This document shows, piece after piece, positions 40,741 through 51,787 of a stretch of 64,000 nt of DNA (positions are counted from its first letter, which is position 1; each line of letters begins with the position of its first letter). Under the pieces are notes generated by a model. That model was not told where the DNA came from. It saw only the letters and a list, made by a program, of their open reading frames with translations, and did not search any database. The DNA comes from Octopus sinensis (taxonomy: Eukaryota): contig NC_043003.1 of NCBI RefSeq assembly GCF_006345805.1, forward strand, positions 12,462,001-12,526,000, in the 5' to 3' direction. A program made the translations under genes and the position numbers.

Positions 40741-42040
40741 AAGTAAAGTTTATTTAACAAACATCTGCACAATTTTGTGTACCCAGCTTCATTTGCAGCC
40801 CTTGGGTTGACTCAATGTTATAACAGAAGACCTGTATGATAGAACCAGGTGATTGGAAAACAAACTTCTTAACTGCACATCTATCCCTATGCTAACCTTA
40901 TTAATATCTAGGAAGCCAGGTTTTTTTTATATGTTGTTTTCTTATTACCAATGATATGAACATGATATCTGTCAGAGTAGTTTACCTCCAATCTCATCTA
41001 TGTTAAGGAATTTCATCTCATTCACACACCTTTCAAGAAAAGTGAAATCTATTGTCTTGTATCAGTTCACTGTTGCCACTTCTCTCAAGATGTGTTTTTG
41101 TTCAGATATGATATAAATTTATATTTGGCTTTGATTGTATTTGATTTGAAATGTCAAAGTTTGATCATTGTTGGAAATATTGAAATAAATTAACAGTTGC
41201 GTGCTATTGGGAAATCCACATTGGACAATGTGGTTTATAATCCTTAAAACACACATACACACAACTGGAACAGGTTTGATTATAAGTCTTCTTGATCATG
41301 AGAAAACACTAGTAATATAGACATACCAAACTCGGAGAAATCAAACAATACTAATAAAAAAAACTAAAACATCTCTATTACATCCTCAGCACACATTACC
41401 CACACTTACAGATCAAGTATAGAATGAATGAAAACACTTGAAATGAAAGACCATTTGCATCTGAAGCAAACAGAACGTTGCTGCATCAAGCTGTGAAGCA
41501 TATAACTTCTGCCATTGCAAGGGTAGTCACCCTCATAAAAAAAATTATTCATGTCAATAGTACTTCAGGACACTACTGACATAAAAGCATTAGTTCTCTC
41601 TCTTACTCAAACCCATAAAGCATATTGACATTAAAATAACAGTAACATTAATAATTTTATTAGTGTCAATCACTGTGCTGAGATGTAATAGTTGTTGTTC
41701 GTTTGAAGTGCAAAGGTACAGAAACTACTGTTTTCTGATTGAGTCTATGTTGCTAGCCTCTGCTTTGGTCAGTATCAGGTATACAAGAACAGAGTAGGTA
41801 GTGGAGGAAATGCTACATGCTTAGACTTCCACACTACATCACATGTGATAAACCACTTGCTCTGTGTATTGGTGGCCCTCAACTAGCAAAAGCATGATAC
41901 AACTGGAGGTTATAGACCTGTATAGGTTGTTCCTGGTTGTGTAAATGAGTACATACAATCACAGGTTTCCTTGAATAAGAATGACAAGGGTTACAACACT
42001 TACTGGTAAAGCAAATGGTTAGAACTCTAACCAAGAGGCA

Positions 42041-42300
42041 GTGGAGGCACGTGGCTTAGTGGTTAGGGTGTTAGACTCATGATCACAAGACTGTGGTTTC
42101 AATTCCTGGACTGGGTGACGCAGTGTGTTCTTGATCAAAACACTTTATTTCACATTGCTCCAGTCCACTCAGCTGGCAAAAATGAGTAATCCTGTAACTG
42201 ACCAGCACCCAATCCAGATGAGGAATATTATAAATGCCATGAAACTGGGAAAGTGGTCCTTATGAGTTACCTCAAGAAGGTAACTTTACTCTTTACTTAC
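42041..42300 (+). mobile_element. tRNA-head SINE family D (gtggaggcacgtggcttagtggttagg...gctccagtccactcagctggc)
   Basis: A/B-box-like head; related copies near 3480-3720, 36480-36795, 58430-58690 and 59650-59985. Confidence 0.7.
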
Positions 42301-43192
42301 TAACCAAGGGGCTTATACCATTAGCCCATTAAGCTTTCAGGTTACTCTCTCAAATATAATGCTTAATGCTTATGTATTCACATTGTTCTGCATTAATCAT
42401 GCTTTATCTCATAGCTTTGAGATTCCAATGATGTGATTGTTTATTTTCAGAATGACATTGTAGGGTAGGTGTGAGAGGCCAGATCTAGCCAGTTTGAATG
42501 AAAAACAAGTAAAACATTTAGGCCATAGGCTTGATAGCAAGAGGAACACTTTATCAACACTTTGTCCAACAGATGAAAGCAATTCCTTAAAGGCTGGTAG
42601 CGAAAAGAAGGCTCAGTAACAAAGAAGACACAACCAAGTTACCCACAACTATAGCATTGTATTTGCACAAGAATTAAATCATTTTATACAACAATAGGGA
42701 AAATTTTAGTTTCTCTCTTTACACATAGTTATATTTTTCTTAGAAGAATGATGCCAGTCACCAATTTCCAATATAATACACTGCCCACATGCCACTTTAC
42801 TACTCTCTGTTTATACCTCTTGGTATAACATGAAAGAGGACATGCTATCTGTATAAATTGCTTTTTTTGGTTGGAACTTGTTTTGTTCATGTGCATGTAT
42901 GCAACTGTAAGTGCAGACGCATGCACACACAGAGACACACATTATTGGATGATCGTGTCTATGGAAGCTATTGAGTTTTGATTTCAATTAATTATTTGAT
43001 TCTGAGAGTCAGCTGCTGTGGTTAGACATTTTTTTTTTAATTGTTTGTTGTTGTTTTTTCGTTTCAGTTCTCATTACTGATTAATGTATTTTTCTTTCTT
43101 TCTTGGTTTCTTTATTTGAACAATAATGAGCTGTTGGACCTTTATTCTCATCTTTTGTGTTATTTCTGCCCACCAGTTTATTAAACTTTCAC

Positions 43193-43195
<3 letters not shown>

Positions 43196-43273
<78 letters not shown>

Positions 43274-43279
43274 CATATA
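43196..43279. repeat. (TA)n microsatellite ending ~40 nt upstream of the exon acceptor
   Basis: Direct reading. Confidence 0.95.
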
Positions 43280-43321
43280 CTTGGATTAATATTCATATAT
43301 TTTCTTTTCTGTCTTTGCTAG

Positions 43322-43453
43322 GAGTTACTGACCAGAGCATCACTGGAAACAGACAAGCAGGACTTGATGGCAGAGGTTACCAGCCTGAAAATCAAGCTAA
43401 CAACTGCTGAAAGAGAGCGGCATGAACTAGAGGAACAATTAAAGTCAGCACAT
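43322..43453 (+). CDS. PPFIBP1: Internal coding exon (phase 0-0, 44 aa) of a liprin-beta ortholog: ELLTRASLETDKQDLMAEVTSLKIKLTTAERERHELEEQLKSAH
   Basis: Acceptor tttcttttctgtctttgctag|GAG and donor CAT|gtaagt; open for 132 nt. The peptide aligns without gaps to the liprin-beta coiled-coil segment I recall from human PPFIBP1 (ELLSRTSLETQKLDLMAEISNLKLKLTAVEKDR...). The symbol denotes the PPFIBP1/2 family; no database search was run. Confidence 0.9.
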
Positions 43454-43474
43454 GTAAGTATATACTTGTTGCTA

Positions 43475-44040
43475 TTGGGTTGTCCGGAAAGTTTGTGCCG
43501 ATTTATAGTAGCTTACCTTTCAACTTATTTTAGAACATGGTTGAGTCCATAAAATAGGATTTGACTACACCTCCATTTAGAGCACAGTTGAAGCTATCTT
43601 TTCAAGGAAGAAGGTATATGTTTCTATAACCTGTGTTAATTCTGTAACCCTTTAAAATAGAAGATAAGAAAGTCCATTTTTGGCACTTCATGCTTTGAGA
43701 ACCTGACAAAAATTGCTACAGCTCGGCTGAGATGTGTTACCCCACCCTCCATATTCACTAGATATTGCTCCTTCGGATTTCCACTTATTCAGGTCTCTGC
43801 AGAATAGTCTTAATGGTAAAAATTTCAATTCGTTGGATGACATAAAAAGATACCTTGATGAATGCTTTGCTATGAAACCACCTCAGTTCTGGGAAGAGGG
43901 TATTTTCAAGTTAAAGTTAAGATGGAGACGCATTGCGCAACAAAATGGTTCATATTTGGTTGATTAAAAATGTAATGGCAAGTATTTATTAACCTTTTTC
44001 TTTCCTTTAAAAATCGGCACGGACTTTCTGGACAACCCAA
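43475..44040 (+). mobile_element. Internally deleted mariner (DD34D) transposon
   Basis: ~30-bp TIRs TTGGGTTGTCC(G/A)GAAAGT..GTGCCGATTT with TA TSDs (43473-74, 44041-42). Remnant start (I)EDKKVHF joined to the C-terminal LPHPPYSLDIAPSDFHLFRSLQ...NGSYLVD* (YSPDLAP motif). Confidence 0.92.
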
Positions 44041-45780
44041 TACATTTATGACAATGACAAGGAAGATTTACTTCAAGAGTGGGAAGACTTTGTTTTATCA
44101 GTTCAACATATTAAATATGCCCATATCTCTGCGATATCAATTTAATTGTAAAAAAAACATTGTTGGAATATACAGCTTATAGGCATATAAGTAGATTGTG
44201 TAGTTTAGTAGTGTGTGTTTTGTCATGTAATTAGATATGGTTGTGCAGATATAGAGTTTATTTTGTGACCACTTCGTCTCAAGTTCTACCTCACTGCTCA
44301 GTACTTTGGGCAAAAAGACTTCTACTGCAGTCTTGGGCCAACCAATGCGTTGTGAGTAGGATTGCTACACAGAAACTGTGTGGAAGTTTGTCATATCTAT
44401 GGATGTGTGAGTATGTATAAATTAACTTTTATTTAGTAAAGTGTGTCATAGCTTTTTAGTCTTGGTTTAACTCTGACCAAGCTGATCTATGGTCAAAAGG
44501 GTTTTAATTATGACCAGCTTGTCTTATTTTCCAGACATAGTCAATCGAGGTGGTTTACATTATCCAATGTGTTGTTTTCTTGCCTGCAGGGTATTATTTA
44601 AAGGATTTCTGTTCACTATTTTGAGCAACCATATGAAGGATCCCCCATTGGCTCTAAATGAAATGTGTGTGTGTGTGTTGCCAGATTAATGCATTCCTTT
44701 ATCTTTTTTTATCATATTGTGCACTATATCACATCCAAAATCTGTGACTAGTTATAGACACAGGAATAGACTTCAACAGAAAATCTGGAAAACACATTGC
44801 TTTTATAACAGATCACTTATATTTAGAACTGTGTTATATTTGATAGTCTGATGTAGTTCTCCAGTATGAATTTAGCCATGATGGTTAAAATGAAATAAAG
44901 AACATTAGCAGTGCCCCAGCATGGCCACAGTTCAATAAGTGAAGAAAGGAAAAGAAATATTTGACACAATTCTTAAAGTTAAATGCATAAGTAATAGTGT
45001 AATTGTAAATATGAAAACAAAATTGAAAATTTGGCATTAGAATCAATAAATTTCAAATATACCAATTTTACTTATTCCACCCTTAATTCTGTGTTAAATT
45101 TTGGTACAAAATTTTTTGTTTGTAATTTTAGCTTTGCTGTATCTATAAGTTATGCCCCATTTTTTTTTTAAATTAAAATCAATCATAAAATAGAATGAAA
45201 TCCTCAAACGAAAAAAAAAGATTTATTATTATTCATTTTTCAAGGTTTGTTTTGTTGCATTGCTAGGTCACTCACAAATATTCACTCACTTTTATAGGTT
45301 TATTCATCCTTACCCTTTTACACACAAGTATGTACTTATTGAAAAGGATAATAATATACAGATGGTTTCATCCTGAATTGATCCAAATTTAGAATAACGC
45401 TAAATACCATTTATCTTTTTTTTTTCTTCTTCTTCATAGTTGTATATATTTTTATCGAAATAAAATAAAATATAGGAATACATTAAAAGAAAGAATGGAA
45501 CATAAAAAATAGTTATTAATACCAAATACTAATAGAAAGGTTATTTGTGTGTGTTCCCGGGAATGGCAAGTTCAAAAAGAAACTATATCTGGCCACTTAA
45601 AATAAAGTGCTCAAAGACAAGTCTAAGTGTGAATAATATATATATACATATATATTCACATATATATATTTACACACACATATATATATATATATATACA
45701 AATACATATATACATAAATGTATACATAATACACACACACACTTAGAAAAAGAGGTGTGGATGTGATTAACTTTCAACTG

Positions 45781-45822
45781 GCAGTCTGATGAAAGCTAAC
45801 AAGGCAAAACTTCAAAGTCAAT
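45781..45822 (+). ncRNA. Decayed minimal hammerhead-like motif, same family as the 28938-29026 arms
   Basis: GCAGU-CUGAUGA-aagcuaacaaggc-(G>A)AAAC-UUC(G>A)AA-GUC, lying between (TA)n tracts. Confidence 0.45.
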
Positions 45823-45830
45823 ATATATAC

Positions 45831-45863
<33 letters not shown>

Positions 45864-46199
45864 GTGGTGGTAGTGGTGGTGAACTTTGCTAGTTAGAAGC
45901 AGAGTTTGTTATGGCTAAAAGGTCACTTAGTAACCACATGGTTTTGGGTTCAGTGCTAAGGTCTTTTACTATAGCCCTGGGTTGACCAGTGCCTTGCTAG
46001 TGAATTTAGTAGATGGAAACTGTGTGGAATCTTGTCATGTTTGTGCGTGCATGTGTGTCTTAGTGTTTGTCCACCCCTACTTGACAATCAGTGTTGCCTT
46101 GTTTACATTCTTATAACCTAGCCACTTGGCAAAAGAGGCCGATAGAACAAGTACCAGGCTTATAAAAATATGTACTGGAGTTGATTTGTTTACCTAGAC

Positions 46200-46889
46200 C
46201 AGGGCTGGCCAACCTGAGGCCCATGGGTTGCATGCAGCCCGCATACTTTTATCTTGCAGCCTACTTGATACTTTCTTGAAATGGGTTTATTTAAACAAAC
46301 ATTTAAAAAATTTTATCAAAAATTAAAGATTTTAATAAAAAGTAAAAAAAGAAAGATAGCACTGTTTTTGCAACAACAATATTTCATGTTGAACCAATGA
46401 TCATTCCTTCATTATCGTAATAATAGCATGAGAAAGCAAAGTGCTTTCAATTCTGTCAGCATTGATTATTTGACTAAAAAAACGATAAACATCGCCCTTT
46501 TCAAGCCTAGCCAGGCTCATGGGCCCAGTTTCCCGGTTTCTGTGACGTATGTGTTCCCCCCAGCTGGACAGGACACCAGTCCAATGCAGCGTTACTCAAG
46601 AAACAGGAAGATAGTGTGAGAGAGAGTTGTGGTGAAAGAGTAAAACGGGTCGCCACCACCCCTGCTGGAGTCTCATGGAGCTTTTAGGTGTTTTCGCTCA
46701 ATAAACACACATAACGCCCGCTCTGGGAATCAAAACCACAATCCTCTGACCGCGAGTCTGCTGCCCTAACCACTGAGCCATTGCGCCTCCACGATTATTT
46801 GACTATTAGTGCATAAAGTATACAAGCAGCCCTCAAAAAATTTCTGTGATTAATGTGGCCTGCAATATAATTCAAGTTGGCCAGGCCTG
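46200..46889. mobile_element. hAT-type MITE inserted in a family A SINE and containing a family B SINE
   Basis: TIRs CAGGGCTGGCCAAC / GTTGGCCAGGCCTG; degenerate 8-bp TSD acctagac / gtgtagac. Confidence 0.7.
46477..46792 (-). mobile_element. tRNA-head SINE family B (gtggaggcgcaatggc...)
   Basis: Perfect 13-bp TSD GATTATTTGACTA (46464-46476, 46793-46805). Confidence 0.85.
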
Positions 46890-47846
46890 GTGTAGACCCT
46901 TCAAGGCAGTGACCCAGCATAGCTGCGGTCCAGTGACTGCAGCAATTAAAAGATAGAAGATAAAAACTATTTGTAGATAAAATCAAATGCATTGATTAAA
47001 TTTATTTTAGAATATAAAATGGTCGTTTTTAGTGTTGAGTTAAATCTGAATTTTTTTTTGCTTTAAAATAAATTTTCTGGGAGGGACAGAAACCATGACA
47101 TTCTTATGCTCTCCCACACTTTTGAAACTGATGCAGCCATTGCCCAGCCTGAATATCCGTAGGTTCATGTCTGAACTCAGACATGCTTGTTGTGGTTAAA
47201 GCAGGTTGCATTGCAATTATGGGATTCTGGATTTTGACATGGCATAGGTGCAAGCATGGCTGTGTGGTTAAGGAGCTTTGCAACCATATGATTTCAGGTT
47301 CAGTCCCACTGCATGACACCTTGACCAAAAGCTCTTTATAGTCCTAGACTGACCAATGCCTTGTGAGTGAATTTGGTGGACGGAAACTGTGTGAAGCCTG
47401 TCTTGTGTCTGTGTGCATGTGTTTGTCCTTCACCACTGCTTGAAAACCCATTTTGGTTTGTTTATGTCCTTGTAACTTAGCAGTTTGACTAAAAAAACTA
47501 ATAGAATAAGTACCAGAATTAAAAATAAGTTTAAGGGTTAATTTGATCACATACACATGACAGGCTTCATACAGTTTCCATCTGCCAAATTCACTCACAA
47601 GTTCTATAGAAGAATAAACTTAGTCAAGGTGCCATGCAGTGGGACTGAACCTGAAACCACACCATGGACACAGTACAACTGAAACAAGTAAGAAATGAAA
47701 GATAAAAGACCTTGGAAGTATTCTCTGCCACAGTATTAGGCTGTGTGAAAACCTGTTGTGAGGACTACTGGGTGATAGATTTGATCTACCTTCCAGTTTC
47801 ACACAACTACCTCCCTATTTCATGTGCACCATTTTGTTTCTTACAG

Positions 47847-47955
47847 AAACGTATTACTGAATTGGAAAAGAAACTATTATTAAGAGATGCTGAACTTCAT
47901 GAACTTAAACAGAGACTCACAAAAAATGGTACCATTTTATCAACAGACAGTGCAG
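47847..47955 (+). CDS. PPFIBP1: Internal coding exon (phase 0-1) of liprin-beta: KRITELEKKLLLRDAELHELKQRLTKNGTILSTDSA(G)
   Basis: Acceptor attttgtttcttacag|AAA and donor GCAG|gtaaga. Heptad-rich coiled-coil peptide in frame with the previous exon. Confidence 0.8.
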
Positions 47956-48168
47956 GTAAGAAAAGAACTGGCAATTATTTTACTTGTATAAATCTGAGTA
48001 ATTCAAAATATTCCATTCACTTGCTCTTCATATTAGCAGTTTTAAGAAAAAAAAAGACTCCTTTTTTTTTTTTTTTTTTAAATAATTATTTTAATATCCA
48101 TCAGGGGAAAAAATTTATAACAATATTGTGATCACCAAAAAGTCATATATATACATATACATATATAT

Positions 48169-48466
48169 CACCATAACCGACCAGGCTATCAGATGTTGCT
48201 ACACATCGCTGGTCACAATGCGCTTCGCATTGTTTTAGCCTTCAAATGATGCCACCCCGCAGGCTAAGCGAGCAGACCAACAGAAGAAAGAGAGAAAGTT
48301 GTGGCAAAAGAGTACAGCAGGGATCGCCACCACCCCTTGCTGGAGCCTCGTGGAGCTTTAGGTGTTTTCACTCAATAAACACTCACAACGCCCGGTCTGG
48401 GAATCGAAACTGTGATCCTACGACCGTGAGTCCACTGCCCTAACCACTGGGCCATTGTGCCTCCAC
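48169..48466 (-). mobile_element. SINE family B head with an alternative 3' half
   Basis: The head matches 54392 and 63204, but the 3' ~110 nt are unrelated to their tails; inserted in (TA)n. Confidence 0.75.
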
Positions 48467-51400
48467 ATATATATATGTATCTAAAAGTATCAATCATCAT
48501 TTAAGGTCCATGTTCCATGCTGGCATGGGTTAGACAGTTTGATGGGATCCATTGGGCCCAAGGACTACTTTGTGCTCCAGTGTCTATTTTGGCATGATTT
48601 TTATGGTTGGACACCCTTCCTAATGCTGTCACATTACAGCATGAACAGGGTGCTTCTTTTTATTCCAATAGCTTTCCTTCCCCCAAATTTCAGGTCTAGT
48701 GCCTATAGTGAAAAGGGTTGTTGTTATTATCATTTCTAGGGTTGGCAAACTGGCAGAATCATTAGCACGCTGGGCAAAATGCTTAGTGTCATTTCGTCTG
48801 TCTTCACATTTGGAGTTCAAATTCTGCCACGATTAACTTTACATTTCAAGGTCGATAAAATAAGTACCAGTTGAGTATTTGGGTTGACGTTTTCAATTAG
48901 CCCCCTGCCTGAGACTTACTGGTCTTGTACCAGAATTAGAAACCATTTTTATTATTTAATTAAAATATTGGTTTCAAATTTTGGCACAAGACCAGTAATT
49001 TTGGGGGAGTGTGCAAATTGATTACATCGACCCCCAGTGCTCAAATGGTACTTATTTTATTGACCCCAAAAGAATGAAAGGCTAAGTCAACCTCAGTGGA
49101 ATTTGAACTCAAAATATAAAGACAGATGAAATGCCATTAAGCATCTTGTTTGGTGTGCTAACAACTCTGCCAGCTCGCTGCCTTATAGTTACCTTAGAAT
49201 ATTAAGTGTTTAAATATAAGAGATTAGATGCTGTTGGTAAGATTATAATCTTTCACGCTATTAACTCCAACTTTGGAAATGAAAACTTCTTAATACTTAA
49301 ATCCACATTACACTTTAATCAGTTTAATCACCAGTTCCCATCAGGTGTTTTATTCTTTCGGATATATGCAAATAACCAGGGTGGATTCAAATTTTATTTC
49401 TAAACTTAGATAAAGTTTACTATTCAAATCTTGGTTAGTACCACACACACACATGCTCACGCACGTGCGCATGCACACACACATACACACCCTGGAATAA
49501 GACACCTGATAACATTTGAAATGTATGGTAGATGTTTCTTAAAGATGAGCTTATTATCCAAAAATTCAAAGAAATTTAATTCTGTTTGTCCTTCAATGAT
49601 CTTACTTTACTAATTATTAATATGGATCTATCTCATCATTGATAATGATATTTGTTGCTTATATTTTCATTAATAGGATGTATACTGTTTAATTTATCTG
49701 ATAAATAATACTACTTGTTTCTGATAGATCACCAAAGACTTGTGTTTATTTGTTCTGTAATTTTTCCTTTTCTGTACTGACATAAAAAAAAATTTGTAAA
49801 TCTCAAACTTGATAAATGTACAATATTAAATAGGTTTTTCACCTTGTTTTTTGGTACATATTTACATACATATATACACACACTAAACATGTGCACATAT
49901 ATACTCACTCTCACACACTCACAAACACATGATATAGATATATGGTACCTTAACAGATTAAGGTGTACATAGAATATTGGCCGGTAAATATAGCTTTTAT
50001 AATCAGATGGCTGGAAAGTAGTGTATCAAAAGCAGCTGTGAAATAAATCAAAGAAGTCTCCTGCTCAGAACCTGTTATTTTTGGCTTACTCTCAAGTTTA
50101 TGCCTATATTTTAAAGAAGAAATTTGAAACTTTTTAACCAGTTTTTATAGTTATGTTACACCTTTAGCTTAACTATCAACAGTAGGCATGTGTTACTTTA
50201 GGAACAGTTTAAAAAAATCTAAGGTGGAAATAGTCTTTTTAGTTAACTAGGTTCACTAATTGAAAATTAAAAAAAAAAAGGCTTTTTACAAGTAAAAATA
50301 TCTTTTTAGCAGGTAAAACCCAAATAATACAGTATCATTTACCTTAATGACTCTTAGATAGAGCCATCAAATAAATGTCTCTATCATTTATGTGTTTCTC
50401 TGAAAAGTTTTGAAACTCTTTCACATTATCCTGTCAGTTTTAGCTATTATTTTTAGTTGAACATATGTAGAGACTTCCTCATAGGCTCCAGTCTTCCCTG
50501 TATTCTGCTAGGGTGGGGCATCTCACTAAAAAAGCTTTGACAGAGCTAGCTATGATGATGAGGCCCATAGTTATCATATGTATCACCTATCATATGTATC
50601 CTGTACATTTCATCATCCCAATCCATTGTACATCAAGTTTAATATTGTAATAGCTAATGTAACCATTGCAACCAACCTTTCCTTTTTTGATGATGATCAG
50701 GTGAACTGGTCTGAAATTCAGTTCACCAAAGTTTTGATGACCATTATTTAACTATGTTGTCTGTGTGCATCATATTTGTTCTCTGCCTGTTTCTTTAGGC
50801 TTTGCATTTTACCAGCTTATGATTGCAAAAAAAAAATATATATATATATACTGTTGTATTTAACATATCCTTTGAATTCCTCAGCTTTCATACTTACCTC
50901 CATCACTTTCTATTCTTTGAAGATGAATGCTTGAGGTAGCTCAATTTGATTACATCTATTTTCCAAGTACATTTGTGTCAAAATGTCTTGAAAACTGTTG
51001 TGGTGAAAGGATCCTGACCACCCCCACGTGACTGAAAGTGGACTAATGCATTTCACTGAAATGAAGAAACTGTGAACTGTCTAGTAGTTGACAGCATTGA
51101 TCATCTGTATTGGTTACTGTGTTAGTTAAATATCATAACTACATTGGGAGTAGTATGGAGTGCGTTCTATGTGAATATATTAATTCTACGAAAAGTTATT
51201 CTAGATAAATATATCCAAATATTTATTTGAATAATACTGTTCTTACACCCTTGTGCACAATTCTTGTCATAATAAAAACTAAGCCATTTCTCAAATGCAA
51301 ATGTTGCATTGTTTTTTGCCTCCACCTCCAAGTACAACTCTACGAGACATAAAAAGAAACTGCAGTCCAGGATAGAGTTTAAATTTTTGGCATCAGGCCT

Positions 51401-51611
51401 TATAAAGCTTCCCTGCCAACTTTGTCATGTTAATGATGGTCTGTCTGTTGTATCATTTGTTATGTTGTACCATTTGCCCAGATTCTTTTACAGTAGGTAA
51501 TAACAGAATCAAGTAATGAGAAGTATTATCTGTATATCTCCTTTTCACAAAAAAAAAGGAAGAAAAAGATTTTTTAATTCTTGACATCTGTCACTACATA
51601 AAACATTTTAA

Positions 51612-51787
51612 CCCTTTAGTATTTAAACTAGCCAGATCTGGCTTCTCACACCTGCCCTACACTGTCATTTTAAAAATAAACAATCACATCATTGAAATCT
51701 CAAAGCTACAAGATAATGTATGATTAATTCAGAACAACATGAATGAATAAGTGGTACATTTGACAGAAAAATCTGAACGCTAAAGAG
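51612..51787. mobile_element. piggyBac-like MITE (TTAA site, CCCTTTAG terminus)
   Basis: TTAA|CCCTTTAG...ctaaagag|ataa; homologous inverted copies near 42320-42520 and 58900-59309. Confidence 0.6.

Noticed and set aside
41405-41422. LTDQV peptide resembling the missing upstream liprin-beta exon
   Set aside because: Immediately followed by TAG, with no flanking similarity.
49499-49524. aagacacCTGATAAcatttGAAAtgt, resembling the 62403 motif
   Set aside because: The core is CUGAUAA rather than CUGANGA and there is no stem II; only a short ACATTT/AAATGT palindrome.
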